Shown: positions 15,015 through 29,049 of the stretch, in pieces
Position numbering within the stretch: position 1 is the stretch's first letter
Layout: the number at the start of each line of letters is the position of its first letter
Source of the DNA: Dictyostelium discoideum
Taxonomy: Eukaryota
Assembly (NCBI GenBank): GCA_000004695.1
Contig: CM000152.2
Span: 1,696,001-1,760,000, forward strand
Length of the DNA stretch: 64,000 nucleotides
Reading direction: 5' to 3'
Made by a program: the position numbers and the translations under genes
The notes under the pieces: generated by a model
What the model was told of the DNA's origin: nothing
The model's database searches: none
What the model saw: only the letters and a program-made list of their open reading frames with translations

Positions 15015-15158
15015 CTATAAATAAGAAAAAATAAAAAATAAAAAAATTATAATAAAAATAATTATAATAATAATAAAAATAAAAAAAAAATTTATTAATT
15101 TACTTTTTTTTTTATTTTTTATTTATTTCTTTAATTTTTTTAAAATAAAAAAAATTAC

Positions 15159-15261
15159 CAATTCTTGGGTCTTGAAGTTTTGAAAGATTATAAAAATTAT
15201 AAGTTTGATCTTGTGATTTTAATACATCCTTTACTTTATCAAATGGATTATTTGTTGTCAT
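15159..15261 (-). CDS. aco1: Cytosolic (IRP-type) aconitate hydratase, exon 1
   Basis: ATG at 15261. MTTNNPFDKVKDVLKSQDQTYNFYNLSKLQDPRI aligns with the human ACO1 N-terminus. GTAATT donor, phase 1. Confidence 0.8.
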
Positions 15262-15867
15262 CTTTAAGTAATAAGGTAATTTATATAAATTAAAATTAAT
15301 AAAAAAAAAAAAAAAAAAATTTTAAAAAAAAAAAAATAATTATTAAATTGAAAAAAAAAAAAAAAAAAAAAATGAAAAAAAAAAATAATTATTAAATTGA
15401 AAAAAAAAAAAAAAAAAAAAAAATGATGTGATTTATGTCAAAAAAAGGTTAAATTTGAAAAATGAAATTTAAAAAATTTAATTTAATTTTTTTTTGATTT
15501 TTTTTGGATTTTTTTTTTATTGAGTGTATTTTTCACTATTATGGTAATAATCTAATTTATAATTATTTTATTTTAATTTTGTTTTCTTATTTCATTATTA
15601 TTTTTTTATTACTACTTTTATCATTATTATTATTATTTTTTTTTTTTTATTTTGTTTGTATGTGCAAATATAAAAATTTCGTGTTAAAATTTAAAAAAAA
15701 TAAAAATCTAAATTTTACCACTGTACAATATTTTTTAATTATTATTCAAATTGTTTATTGGTATTTTTATTTTTTTTTTTTTTTTTTTTATTATCTATTT
15801 TTTAAATTTTTCTATATATATATTTTTTTTATTTTTATTTTTAATTTTATTTTTATTTTTAATTTCA

Positions 15868-15900
<33 letters not shown>

Positions 15901-15903
15901 GAA

Positions 15904-16440
15904 ATGAATAATAATAAAATTAAAATATCAATAATTTCATTTCTTATAATTTTGAATTTTTTATACTTTCCTTTTGAAAATAATAATAATATAAATATAC
16001 ATTACTATAATTACTTTTATAAAAATCAAAATAATAATAATAATAATAATTTTTATAATAATAATTATAATAATAATCTAGAGAAACCATTGAAAATATT
16101 TTTAATTCCAGATTCATTTAATTCATTATCAATCAATTTTAGTTGTATTTCAATAGATTCAAATAAATTAAAAATAAAAAATGAGGAAACCATTATAATT
16201 TTTGTGGAATATTTAAAACAATTATCAGAATTAAAAAAATCAAATCAATTGATTATACCTATAAATGAAAAATCAAATAATATTATATTAAATACTAAAC
16301 AAAGAAAACAACAATATGATTGGTTAATTTCACAAATCTTTGAAAATAAACAAATTTTCAATATTAAATATATAATCTACATTCAAACACTTGATGAAAT
16401 AATAAAAAATAAAAATTCATTGAAAATAGATATTATTTAA
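15904..16440 (+). CDS. Hypothetical small N/I-rich protein with hydrophobic N-terminus
   Basis: 178-aa ORF of low-complexity composition with no recognisable homology. It could be a chance ORF in an AT-rich region. Confidence 0.25.
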   Translation: MNNNKIKISIISFLIILNFLYFPFENNNNINIHYYNYFYKNQNNNNNNNFYNNNYNNNLEKPLKIFLIPDSFNSLSINFSCISIDSNKLKIKNEETIIIFVEYLKQLSELKKSNQLIIPINEKSNNIILNTKQRKQQYDWLISQIFENKQIFNIKYIIYIQTLDEIIKNKNSLKIDII

Positions 16441-16572
16441 TCTTTTATTTTTTTTTTTTATTTTAAAAAAAAACGAAACTCTTTTTTAGGAAAAAAAAAA
16501 AAAAAGATTTAAATGTGTGAAAATAATTTATTATTTTAAATATTATTTGTGAAAAAAAAGGGGGTAATAAAA

Positions 16573-17439
16573 TTAAGAACAATAAAGATATTTATAATAA
16601 GCAATTTGATCATTACTATTAGTTACTGTGAATGGTTTATCTTGCTTTTCCAATTTAATTATTTGTTGTTTTTCATTTTCTGGTTTTGACCAACCCTCAC
16701 CAGTGTATGAACCAGTTGAGCCGCCAGATGTAGCACATGAGCTACCAGAAGTGCAACAAGTTGGACAAATGGAAGTGATACTAGAATCACCGCTGGTATT
16801 ATAGAATGGTTGGGTTGCAAAACAATGTGGTTGGTTTTGTGATGGTGGTGGATTGCATTCTGATGGATAGTCGGCACAAAATTGAGTGACTGGGAAATGT
16901 GTATTTGGATCGCAATAGTAGAGATAGGAAGATAGGTTTTTAAACAATCTAGTATCATTGAGATAGTATTCCAATGCGACAATGTTATTTGGTGAGCATT
17001 GTTCTCCCATATAAGTGTAAATAAAACTATTTTGTGCAATGTATGGGGTTGATGATGTTGTCAATTTATAGTAAAATGGGGTGTTTGTCTTACCAGAATT
17101 CATGTTAATATAAACAGTGCTTGATTGAATACATGAATTAACTGGATATGAAACAGATGGTGAATTTGGCAATGTACAAGTTTCACCTTCATAATAGTTA
17201 TTTTCATAACTTCCCCATGAAACTTCACCACTATCAACAGTAAATAAGAAATTATTAATATAATCTAGTGTTGTACAAGTTTTAGTTGCCATTGAATAAC
17301 CAAATCCATTTAATGCGGGTGTTAAGCATTCGGAATCACTAAATGCAACAAAGTTTACATATTCATCGGAAATTTGGGTGGATCTAGTTAACCCAATTAA
17401 TGATAGAGATAAAATTATTAAACATAAATTTAATTTCAT
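16573..17439 (-). CDS. Secreted cysteine-rich protein (signal peptide MKLNLCLIILSLSLIGLTRS; Cys-rich C-terminus CPTCCTSGSSCATSGG)
   Basis: The real start is ATG at 17439; the ORF-track start at 17574 lies in an upstream poly-F artefact. The non-repetitive 289-aa ORF has about 20 Cys and several N-x-S/T sites. Confidence 0.6.
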   Translation of the reverse strand: MKLNLCLIILSLSLIGLTRSTQISDEYVNFVAFSDSECLTPALNGFGYSMATKTCTTLDYINNFLFTVDSGEVSWGSYENNYYEGETCTLPNSPSVSYPVNSCIQSSTVYINMNSGKTNTPFYYKLTTSSTPYIAQNSFIYTYMGEQCSPNNIVALEYYLNDTRLFKNLSSYLYYCDPNTHFPVTQFCADYPSECNPPPSQNQPHCFATQPFYNTSGDSSITSICPTCCTSGSSCATSGGSTGSYTGEGWSKPENEKQQIIKLEKQDKPFTVTNSNDQIAYYKYLYCS

Positions 17440-17526
17440 TTTTGTTTTAAAAATTAAAAAATAAAAAAAAAAATAAAAAAAAGAATTGGATTTAAGGACA
17501 ATTTTTTTTTTTTTTTTATTGGTTTT

Positions 17527-17564
<38 letters not shown>

Positions 17565-18082
17565 AATTTACCATTTTTTTTCTGCATATGCTCGGAAAAA
17601 ACTAAAATCTTTTTTTTTTTTTTTTAAAAAAGAAGTGGGTTAATAAACGAATTACCTCGTTGGAATTGAAAACCAACCTAAAAAAAAAAAAAGATATTTT
17701 TTAAAATTGAAAAGTAATTTCTAATTTCAATAAAAAAAATAAAAAAAATAAAAAAATAAAAAAAATTTTTTAATGATTTCGGGAATTTGGATTGATATTT
17801 TAAGATTTTTTTTCTACTAAAAAAAACCAGGTTTAAAAAAAAAAAAAAAAAACACCAGCAAAATGATCGTTCACATAAAAAAAAGTTTTTACTTTTTTTT
17901 TTAACCACAAAAAAAAAAAAAAAAAAAAAAAATAATAAAAAAAAAAAAAAAAAAAATTCTGCACACGGCCATATAATCATTTTGTTTTTATTTATTTTTA
18001 TTTTTTTTAAAAAAAAACCTTTTTATTGATTTTTTGAATTGAGCTTTCGAGGGTTAAACTGAAAAAGGAAAAGTATTTATTA

Positions 18083-18141
<59 letters not shown>

Positions 18142-18495
18142 AAAATAGCTTCAATTTATTTATTTTATAAATCATTGAATAGTATTTTTTTTTTTTTTTT
18201 TTGTTCTTTATTTTCTTCTAGTTTTGACCTTCACTAGATAAAACTAGTGCCACTTTTAGAATTATAGGCTACTGACACAGTATTGTAATGCAATAATATG
18301 GTTTTTTGAACATTATTCTCTTAGTTTTATAAATTTTTTAATATCTTTGATAGAATGTATGGTGTTGATGATGATGAAGTTGCTTATATAAATCCTTTCA
18401 TTTTTATTTTTTAATACTTTAAAAAGTAAAAATTAAAAAAACCAGTTCGGCAATTTTTATCTCTTTTTTTTTTTTTTTTATTAATTTCCCAAAAT

Positions 18496-18526
<31 letters not shown>

Positions 18527-18880
18527 CAAATTTTTTTTTTTTTATTTTTTTTGCATAAATAGCGTCCAAAAAATTTTAATTTTTGAGAGACAAAGGTTGA
18601 TTCATATTATCTTTTGTCACCATATATATTTATATATTTTTTTTTTATTTTTTTTTATTTTTTTTTTTTCACTCTTTATTTTTTTATTTTTCAATCTTTA
18701 TTTTTTTTTTATTAATATTTTTCTCTTCTTTTAATTTTTTATTTATTTATTATTTAAATACATAATTTTCAAAAAAAAAAAAAAAAAAAAAAAAAAAATA
18801 AAATAAAATAAAAAAAAAAAGCAACCTTTTTTTGGTTATTTAATATTATAATATTTATTTAAAATTTATCAAATTAAAAT

Positions 18881-19652
18881 ATGGACGAATTGGATGAATT
18901 ATTGTCAAATCCAAACGTAAATGTAGATGATGAAAAGTACAAACAAATTCACAATCTTTTTAGCTCACCCCAACCNNNNNNNNNNNNNNNNNNNNNNNNN
19001 NNNNNNNNNNNNNNNNNNNNNNNNNNNNNNNNNNNNNNNNNNNNNNNNNNNNNNNNNNNNNNNNNNNNNNNNNNNTACACAACAGCCTCAAGCTCAACAG
19101 CAACAACATCAACATCAACAGCAACAACAGCAACAACCACAAGCTCAACAACAACAAGCCCAATCTCAACAACCACAACAACCTCAACAAGCAACACCAA
19201 AACCTCAACCTCAACGTACAGTTATTACTTTAACTCAACAACAACAACAACATTATTTAACATTGACAAATCAACAAGCACAACAACAATATTTACATCA
19301 AATAAGAGCACAACAACAACAGGCCGCTCTACTATTACAACAACAACGTTTACAACAACAACAACAACAACAACAACAGCAAGTACAACAACAGGGTCAA
19401 CCAAACCCACTAATGGGTGGTGCAGCAAAAACTATATATATGTCAACTCAACAAGGTGTTCCACAACCACAACAAAATACTATACAAAAGATGCCTCCAA
19501 ATGTAGGAACAGCCCAAATGAAACCAATGCCACAAAATCAACAAATGTACTCACAACAAACAGGTGTCCAACAACAACAACAACAACAACAACCACAAGT
19601 TATGAATATTGCAAAACCACAACCAACTGTACAACCCCATCCTCAAGCATTA

Positions 19653-19683
<31 letters not shown>

Positions 19684-20873
19684 AACAACAACCTCAAACA
19701 TTACAACAACAACAACAACAACCAAGACCAATGGTTGGTGTAAACTCTCCAACTCCAATTACATCATCTACAACAATTAACGCAAAACCAATGGCAACAA
19801 CTACAGCAACAACCAATCCTCAAATTACTCAAGCACAATTACAATACCAAAAACGTCAACAACAACAATTACAACAGCAAATGCAACAACAACAAAGTGC
19901 AGGAGGTGTAGCTCAACAATTACCATCGTCAATCCCACAACAACCACCAAAACCACAAATCCCAACTCAAGTAACAACACAAACTCAACCATTACCAAAT
20001 ACACCAACAACAACAACAACGACCACTGCAAGTACCCCACCAACAACCACTACCGCCACAGCAACAACAACAACAACAACAACAACCACACCAACAATAG
20101 CACCAATAACACCATTACCAACTCCAACACTCCCAACTCCACAATCACAGGTTCAGGCACCAACTATTCAACAACAAATACAAAATATTCAACAACAACA
20201 ACAAGCAGCAGCAGCAGCAGCGGCACAAACTAACACCACATCTCAACCTGTACCAGAATCAAAACCGGTTGATATTCAAGCAAAAGTTCAAAACCATTTC
20301 AATGCTTTAGCATTGGCATATAGAAATCAAAAAATCGATAAAAATATTTTGATGGAACATTTGGTTTTGTTGTTTGGTAATAATAACGCATTGAACTATG
20401 CCAAGAAAATTGATGATATTCCAACTGAAAAAGTTCCAGCTCTACCAAGAGATTTCGATTTAGATAATATTCTCAGAAGAACATCCGAACTTCGTCAATT
20501 AACTTTACTCTATCAAAAAACTAGTCAAAGTGGAACAAGTAAGCCAGCAGCCGATGGTCCAAATGCTACTCCCCCCGCTGCAAATGGAGCCCAACCAAAA
20601 CTACCACAACCAAATGGTACTACACCTGCACCATCCAATGCACAACTTTCAAAAGAACAAAAGAAAGAATTGGCAAAACAAGAGAGAATGAAAAAGAAAG
20701 AATTAAAAGAAGAGAAAAAACAAAGAGAGAAAAAAGAAAAAGAAGAAAAAAAACTTCAAGCTCAAATTGCTTTACAAGAACAAAAAACAAATCAAGAAGC
20801 AGAGAATGAAGATGATAAACAAAATATTAAAGATTTAAATGATGTTACTAAAATTGCAAATATTGATATGAAA
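18881..20873 (+). CDS. taf4: TAF4-like (TBP-associated factor 4), exon 1: MDELDELL..., poly-Q/P/T-rich region, TAFH-like segment; contains the 100-N gap 18976-19075
   Basis: The frame after the gap (ORF 18927-20885) is continuous to the GTAAGT donor at 20874, phase 0. Extreme Q-richness is typical of TAF4. Confidence 0.6.
18976..19075. other. Assembly gap (100 N)
   Basis: Exact N100 inside the TAF4-like Q-rich exon 1. Confidence 1.
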
Positions 20874-20971
20874 GTAAGTTTCTAAATTTTTTTTTTTTTT
20901 TTTTTATTCTTTTTTTTTTTTTTTTTTTTATATATTAATTTTTATTTATTTTTTTATTTTTAAAAATAAAG

Positions 20972-21952
20972 AATGAATCAGATCACTTTTTACCAGATAC
21001 AAATGAAGAAGAAGAAACATATACACCAGAAACTGAACCATTATTTTTAAATTCATATCCATTAAGAAAGAAAATTCAAGCGATTGCAATTAAACATGGA
21101 TTGAAATTAAGTGAAGAGAATCTTTTAGAGTTTGTATCATTGGCAACTCAAGATCATCTAAGAACGATTTTAGAGTTTTTAATTAAAACATCTAAACAAC
21201 GTGTTGAGATGCAAAAGGATGATTTAATACCAACCATTATCACTAGTGATGTTAAAAAGAAATTAAATGCAATTGAAAAGAGAGAAAGAGAGGAGAGAAC
21301 TAAGAAAGAGAATGAAGAACAAGAGAGATTATTAAGGGAAGCAAAGGAGCAAGAGGTAACATCGTCAAAAAAGAAAATTCCCATCATTGACGATAAAAGT
21401 AGTAATGCATTAAAGGAGAAGTATGCAAAATTTCGTTTGGAGAAAGAAGAGAGAGAAAGAACATCCGCTGCTAATTCAACAGCACTTCTCGCAGTTGGTA
21501 ACATTGGTAAGAAAAAACCATTGTCTGCTCCATTCATGAAACCATCCATTTTCTCTTTAGGTGCAAATCCTCAAAATATTCAACCACCAATTCCAAGTTC
21601 ACAATTGATCAGTTTCCAACAATTAATCAAAGAAGGTAAAACTTTAACTTCAGAACAAGAGGTACAATATCAACAATCAAAAGAAAATCATGAAAATCTT
21701 TTAAAGCAATATCATGAAAAAATTGGTACAAAAGATTATCAACCAATGGATGTCGATTCAAATTCTACTTCATCAACAAATCCTTCCTCAACCGTTGGTG
21801 GAAGAGCAGGTATTAATAACAAACACCCAAATCGTAAAATCACTAAAAAAGATTGTTACTTTTCTCAAAAACATATTGGTTATAATGTACTCCAAAAATA
21901 TGAACTTTTAAAACTTAGAAAAAGATTTAATCCTCAAAATTTTCCATTTTAA
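20972..21952 (+). CDS. taf4: TAF4-like, exon 2 (conserved C-terminal histone-fold-associated region)
   Basis: The acceptor AAATAAAG gives an in-frame join. IQAIAIKHGLKLSEENLLEFVSLATQDHLRTILEFLIKTSKQR matches TAF4 region CII (HGI....DV..L.SHATQ.RL.NL.EK). The C-terminus RKITKKDCYFSQKHIGYNVLQKYELLKLRKRF resembles the human TAF4 C-terminus. Confidence 0.65.
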   Translation, partial: NESDHFLPDTNEEEETYTPETEPLFLNSYPLRKKIQAIAIKHGLKLSEENLLEFVSLATQDHLRTILEFLIKTSKQRVEMQKDDLIPTIITSDVKKKLNAIEKREREERTKKENEEQERLLREAKEQEVTSSKKKIPIIDDKSSNALKEKYAKFRLEKEERERTSAANSTALLAVGNIGKKKPLSAPFMKPSIFSLGANPQNIQPPIPSSQLISFQQLIKEGKTLTSEQEVQYQQSKENHENLLKQYHEKIGTKDYQPMDVDSNSTSSTNPSSTVGGRAGINNKHPNRKITKKDCYFSQKHIGYNVLQKYELLKLRKRFNPQNFPF

Positions 21953-22125
21953 AATTTTTTTTTTTTTTTTTTTTTTTCCTTCTTAAAAAGTAAATAAATA
22001 AAATAATATTAAAAATAATAATAATAATAATAAAAAAAGATTTTATTTTTAAATGAAATATATATTTACAAAATAATAATAAATTATTTATCATTTTTAT
22101 TATTATAATTTTTTATTTTTTTTCT

Positions 22126-23093
22126 TTACTTTTGAACTAAATATTGACCAGCATTTAAACAATGCACTATTTGATTGGAGACTAAAATTGAGATATTACT
22201 ATTTGGATCATTGGTAATTGTTGAGATATCTTCACCAGGTTCTACACCTTTTTTCTTTATGAGTAAAAGGTGAGTTATATTATTACTATAAAGTTGTTTG
22301 AGATCAATTGGGTAATCAACTTCAATCACTTCTGCATCACCACATAATAAAATCTTTTTCCAAGCATCAATATTCTTATTAATTTTAAAATAGGCAATTC
22401 TTGCACCTTCAAATATTTTTCTACCACCATTTTGAGCCACTAATCTTTGACAAATGACTGCTGATTGTGTCCAAATATGTTCTTGACTCTTTGGGTCAGT
22501 ATTAGTTTTTGGGACCCATTGATGGGCAGGTTCATCTGCAAACCTTCCACTATTTGACGAGGCAGTGAAATAGGAAACTTGTAAAATCCATGCACCTGAT
22601 GCGCAACCACCCATAATTTTCTCTGATCTTGAAATTTGTTTTGTAACGACATGAGTTACATTCTTTGCGATGACAGCCTCAAACAATCCTCCCAATCTTG
22701 AAATTATATCTTTGACTTGATTTTGTTCGGCGTCATCAGTGATACCAGAAATTGCAAATACATATTTTTTTGAACGAGATTGTTGTTGTGGTGATGGGAA
22801 ATTATCATATAGATTGCCTCTTCTATTTAACATATTTAATAAACTTTGTTGAGCATTATCATTACTTAAAAATGATTGATTAGCATTTGATTTTGAAAAG
22901 AAATTTGATTCCATTAATTTCTCTTTCTTTTTTTTTTCTGTATCTTCACCATATGTGATCATTTGGGAACTTGTTTCACTATATGATGAAGTTGCATAAT
23001 AATTATTTAAATCATTTTCTTCATCATCATAACTTTCACTTGGATTATTACCAAAAGTATTTCCACTATTTCCACTATTATTATTACTAAAAC

Positions 23094-23145
<52 letters not shown>

Positions 23146-23518
23146 GTTATCATCATCCGATTCTATATCTTGTTCTTTTTCAGATTCATTACCAATTAGT
23201 GCTGATATATTTACAAAGGGTTTATTTGGTTTTTGAGGCATTGACATATTATTTTGTTGATTATTATAAAAGTCAATACTTCTTTTTTGAAATGAAATTT
23301 TTGAATGAGATTTCATACTATGATTATTATTAATGATATTGCCATTTGGTGGAAATGATGATAATATTTTAAAAATTGTATCCATTCCACTTGGTTTTGT
23401 TGTAGTTGTATTTGTAGTTGTATTAATAGTGGTAGAAGTTATTGTTGAACTTTTATTTATTTCTTCACTTTCTTCTATATCTTTATCTTGTTCATCATGG
23501 TCAATCATTTTTTCATCA

Positions 23519-23574
<56 letters not shown>

Positions 23575-24082
23575 TTCCTCCTCATCGATTTCTAAAGGTT
23601 TCATTTCAATTGTGGGTTCCAATTCTTCTGGTTTTTGTTTTTCATTATTATTATCATTATTTTTATTAATATTATTATTACCATTGTTATTGTTATTATT
23701 TATAGCATTGAATAATTGTGAAGGTGTTTTTGTTAATGATTGAATAGTTGGAACATCACCATCATTCTCATTTGAAATAGCTTTCAATGGTTGGAATTCA
23801 GACTCTAATAATCTTTTTCTTGAGGACCAACATTGTTCTAACCAATTAGGGTGAACTTGAAAAAAGTTTGTATCAACAAAACCTGGTGTTTCTGTATTAT
23901 CAATTTCATTCGTTATATAGTGTGTAATTTTATCAAAACCTGATGTTGTATATGTACCACCCAATTCTTTAATATATTTAATATAATTTAATGATTCTAA
24001 TGATCCATTTAATTTACTTGAAATAAATAAAACTAAATCTTTAAAAATTATTGATTCATTATTTATATTATTATTATTATTA

Positions 24083-24131
<49 letters not shown>

Positions 24132-24773
24132 CATTATTATTATTTATAATTGAATCAACTATTAATAATTTATTAAAAAGATATAAATTTTCATCCAATT
24201 TAATACCAGAAGAAGCACTACTATATAACCATTCTGGTGTTACAACCGGAATACCAATTGATATGGCCATATCATATTTTGGACCTTTCATACAGGTTAT
24301 CAAATGAGTAGTGGTTGTTGGATATAATTTTGATGTGAATTTGGCACCTAATAATTTTGATGTACTCCTAATGAAAGAAGTTTCATTCTCGGGAAAACCT
24401 TCTGTTGTAATTGAATAGTTCTTTAATAGGGATAAATTTGGTAATGGTTTAAAAATAACACATTCATCGGGTTCATAGAGTGTATTGTTGTTTAAACATT
24501 TATCAAACCAATCAATTGTAACCTTTGGTATATTTTCAAATCCACTATCAAACTGTGTTGTAACTTTCTTTCCATGTGGTACAATAATATAATGAAAATC
24601 AAATGTTGTTGAAGTCCATTGACTAGCTATAAAATTTGAATCTACTACATTTGATGCATACTTCATTACATGCTCTTTTATCCTTTCTGTTTCCTCAGTA
24701 TCAAATCCTTTTATCAATATATTCTTTCCATTAAATAAATGAATTTCATTTGTTGCTTCTTCTAACATCATTA

Positions 24774-24810
<37 letters not shown>

Positions 24811-26079
24811 ATTATTATTTGGTTGACGATTCTTGTTATTATTATTACTATTATTATAATAATTATTATTAATATTATTATTATTAAAATTTGTTCTTGA
24901 ACTTTGAGCTTTGCTTGGCATTGGTGTTGGCCTTATATAAGATTTTGTATTTGATAAACTACTAGTTGTACCACTAAAGGTATTTTCAGGCTGAACTGGT
25001 AAAGATTGTAACTGTTGCTTTTGTAATTGTCTGTGACGTGTTTGTTGAATAAATTGTTGTTGTTGTTGTGGTGGTGGTTGTTGAAATTGTAAACTATTTG
25101 ATTGATGTTGTTGTTGTTGTTGTTGTTGATTTTGTAAAAGATAATCATTTTCATTTTGATAAATACCAGATTGAATAGTTGCTCTAAACCAATCTATAGT
25201 CACTACAGGTATACTCCAAATTTCAGCCTTAACACATTTTTCACTAATTGCACCACTTGAAATTAATAAAGAACAAAAATGATTTAAATCACCTGAAAAC
25301 ATACCACCACCTTTTTTAACTTCTCTTTCAATTTCTTTTCTTTCCAAGGAAGTGAAACCAGTTATGCAAATTAAGCAACCAAAAAACAAAGGTATTAAAT
25401 AATTTCTTTCATCCACTCTTTTACCATTACCCCAACAATCTTGTAACCAACCTGATGTTACCATTGGTATACCCAATGCTCTAGCTTGTCTAGTTCTTTT
25501 TGAACCAGATGCATCTGTGTTTGTTATTACATGTGTCACTTTTGTTGATAGTGTGTATTTAAATTCACCACAAAGTTGTTCTATACATGTTGACATATTT
25601 GATTTAATTTCATCATTGAACCCACTTGTACAAATTACACAACCCTTTAAACAATCGGAATAAATTGGATACTCTTTGATCAATGAAAAATCTAATGGAC
25701 TATTCTTTTTGGCACATTCATAAAGATAGGTTATACTTATTATAGGTTTTTTAAATAAACGAGCTGTTTCATAGGCATCTCCCATAAAATCTTGAAATAA
25801 GAATATACAATCATCACTCTCTGAAAATATCCTCTTTCCACCATGTTTTTGAATTAATTTTGTTACTTTTTCTGAAATACCTTGTTCATTTTGTATAAAA
25901 TCACCTTGAAGATAAAATTTTAAATCTTGAAATATTGGTTGTTGAACTATTATATTATTATTATTATTATAATTATTATTATTATTATTATTGTTACTAT
26001 TATTATTATTATTGTTATTTATAAAATTATTTGAGGAATTAGATTTTTGAAATGCTATTGCTGGTTGTGAATCTACCAT
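22126..26079 (-). CDS. TopBP1/Dpb11/Cut5-like multi-BRCT-domain protein (1317 aa, single exon)
   Basis: Repeated BRCT signatures (GG....S...D..TH.I, W.......G....E..Y) occur at the N-terminus, in the middle and as a C-terminal tandem pair. Poly-N/Q spacers separate them. Confidence 0.7.
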
Positions 26080-26503
26080 ATTTTTAAAATAATATATTTT
26101 TTATTTTTTTTTTTTTTATTTTATTTTTACTATCTTTTTTTTTTAAAAAAAAATAAAAATTAAAAAAAACTTGTAAAAACCCAAATAATAAAACAGATAA
26201 GATATTTTAATTGAACAAATATTTAAATAAAGAAAAAAAAAAAAAAAAAAAAAAATTTTGAAATGAAAAAATTAAAAAATAAAAAATAAAAAAAAATAAA
26301 ATTAAAAAAAAAAAAAAAAATAAAAAATATATAAAAAATAAAAAATAAAATAAAAATAATAAAAATAAAAATTAAATAAAAATAAAAATTTCCAAGAATT
26401 TTTTTTTTACTTAAGTTCTAAAAAAAGATTCCAAATTAAATAACTTTTTTTTTTTTTTTTTTTTTTTTAATTTTTTTTTTTTTATTTAAATTTTTTTTTT
26501 TGT

Positions 26504-28413
26504 TTATTCGAACCAACTTTGATGTTGTTTATCATTTTTATGATGATAATGTAAAGCAGTACCATCGGGACGAGCAACAAAAGCCTGAGTACCTAAAAAT
26601 ATTTTATTACAAATTGGACAAGTTAAATCTTCAGTGATTTTAATGACACCAGTTTTAAGTTGAGAAAGTTCATCTTTGATTTTAAAGTTTTCAGATTTGA
26701 AAAGATTTTTTACGATTTGATTATCTCTTTTGGTTTTGGTATTATCTCTAATGACCGATTCAAAGAAAGGATAGAGTTGATCGATTGGAGTATTTAAAGG
26801 TAAAAGTGACAATGCTTTTGGAGTATTGATTGAACGATAATGTTTGTTTAAAAGTTTTAAAGCGGGATCTAATAGTGGAGATGTATTTGCATCGGTTGGT
26901 TTTAAATAAACATTTAACAATGATAAATAAACATCTCTACTCTCTTCAGAGTCCTTATTGTAATGACGATCGCAATATTCCTCTGCCATGGCGAAATTTT
27001 TTAACTTGTGAGCATAGATTGCCAATGCTTGCTCGTGACGACCAATTTTACTTAATAGGATAGCTCTCTCTTCGTAGAGATCATTCGAAGGGAAACGTGA
27101 CAACATTTTCTCTGGTAAATAGTATTTTGAGTTTTCCAAGAATTGAATGATCTTTGTTCTAAGTTCACCCAACTCGCCACTCTCCTTACCGGCTGGTATT
27201 AAACCAGGTTCACGTACAATTGCAGAGTTTGGTGTTTGTTTAATTAATTCCAATATTGAGCCTAAATATTCGAAAACCAATTGATTGTGATATTCTGGAT
27301 TCTTATTTGGTGAGATTGGATCATTGATGATATGCTCCAAGTAAGGACGTAACAATGAGGGTGCACATTGTTTCAAATGTGGAATTACATCATCTGGTGA
27401 GAGTGGATCCTTTCTATCGACTGTGAAAATCTTTAAAGCATCCTCTGGACACTTTTGTAACACCCATTTGGAATGCTCTAAAATGATGCCAATATGTTTT
27501 TCACCCAATTGTGAGAGATAGGAAATGGTATCGTTTGGTGATATATTACTACTCTTTGCCAATAGTGTCAATGCCTTTCTGTGAAGATCCTTTGATTTAT
27601 AAAATAGAATTAGTTCTGTCAACTTCTTCTCTTCCAATAACACACGTTCCGACTCTTCAATGTGGCAATGATTCTTGAGATGGAAAAAGTGGGGAATCAA
27701 AGACGCCTTGTGCTTAATATAAACCTTTAAAAGTGTAGTATCCACCAACTCTTGTAATGTATAGCCAGAGTTTAATAGTTCGGGTGGTGATGAATATTCG
27801 ATTTTATTCTTTCTAAATTCGACCAAGTAATGCTCCAACTCTGGTAATGCTCTTGGATTGTTTTCAATATCACGTATGTTGAATGGTGTTGATAGTTTAT
27901 CCTGTAAATGTGCTGGTAGCAAGCCAGGATACAATGAAATGATTTTCAATGGATCAACTTGTGCACTTATAAAATAACCCATTGCAGCTTGAAATTGTTC
28001 CTTTGAAAAGAGATGATAGGCTGCCGATGTTTTAATCTTTATCAATCTCTCCTTAATTCCTGGTATAATATCTTTTGAAGTTTGTAATAAATTAATTGCT
28101 GTCTCATACTCTTGTTTCGTCACCATTTGATCCACCAAATCTAATATTGGCAATGGTTGTAATCTCCAAATACTCGTTGCTGATGAAACATATATATCCC
28201 TCTTGGCACTAATCGATTTGCATGCTGGTAAAAACAACGATTGTGATATTGTCTTTGGATCATTTGGATCCGGTAAAATTTGAACTTCAACTAATCTTGG
28301 TTCTATACTAATTGCAAATGGTTGATAAATTGACATTGAACTTGGTGCATCTTGCCATGTTATAGAATGTCTTCTAACTGGATTACCAGCTGTATTTATA
28401 AAAAATGACATAC
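26504..28413 (-). CDS. vps39: Vps39, exon 3 (clathrin-heavy-chain-repeat region and C-terminal zinc-finger CPICNKIFLGTQAFVARPDGTALHYHH)
   Basis: NHCHIEESERVLLEEKKLTELILFYKSKDLHRKALTLL matches human NNHCHIEESEHVLKKAHKYSELIILYEKKGLHEKALQVL. The C-terminus matches CMVCKKKIGNSAFARYPNGVVVHYFC. The summed length is 851 aa. Confidence 0.85.
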
Positions 28414-28496
28414 CTTTTTAAACCAATATATATATATATTAATAAATATTTATTTATTATGCAATATATACAATATATAGTTTAAAATATACTTAC

Positions 28497-28958
28497 TTCC
28501 TTTAACCATTAAAAATTCATTTTCTTGTAAAAATGTTGTAAAAGTTAATTTATCAGCGTCAACATTTATAACTGACCCATCTTGAGTATTTATGATATTA
28601 TAAACTTTTTTAAAACAAACTATAATGAAATTACCACGATAATCGATATGTTTTGCTATGTCTGGCATATTGAATTCTTTTAATTCATAGAAATCTGAAC
28701 CATCCCAACCATATAATACTAATTTCTTTTTAACTGCTGCTACTAAACTTAATGAACCAGGTTGATAACTAACTGCATATGTACTACATCCTTTTGCTTT
28801 CATTAATGTTATTCCTGTTGTTACATCAAATTGAATCAAATCATATACCTTTAAATCACCATCTGTTAATACTAATAATTTATTATAATCATCAAATATA
28901 CTCATTTGTGTAATTGGTTTTTTTGATACTAATTTTGTATCTCTAATTATAACTGAAA
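28497..28958 (-). CDS. vps39: Vps39, exon 2 (acceptor ambiguous: TTTTAG at 28959 or TTTCAG 6 nt downstream)
   Basis: LKVYDLIQFDVTTGITLMKAKGCSTYAVSY...KKKLVLYGWDGSDFYELKEF matches VPS39 (LLTFQQITTVSKAKGASLF...KKKLQLYFWKDREFHEL). GTAAGT donor. Confidence 0.7.
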
Positions 28959-29049
28959 CTAAAATAAATAAATAAAAAAAATAAAAAAAATAAAAAAAAA
29001 AGTAAATGTTAATATATATATAAATATATATGTATATATGTATACTTAC

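Noticed and set aside
15504-15902. 132-aa poly-F/L ORF
   Set aside because: Pure T-homopolymer and TTTA low complexity in intergenic DNA.
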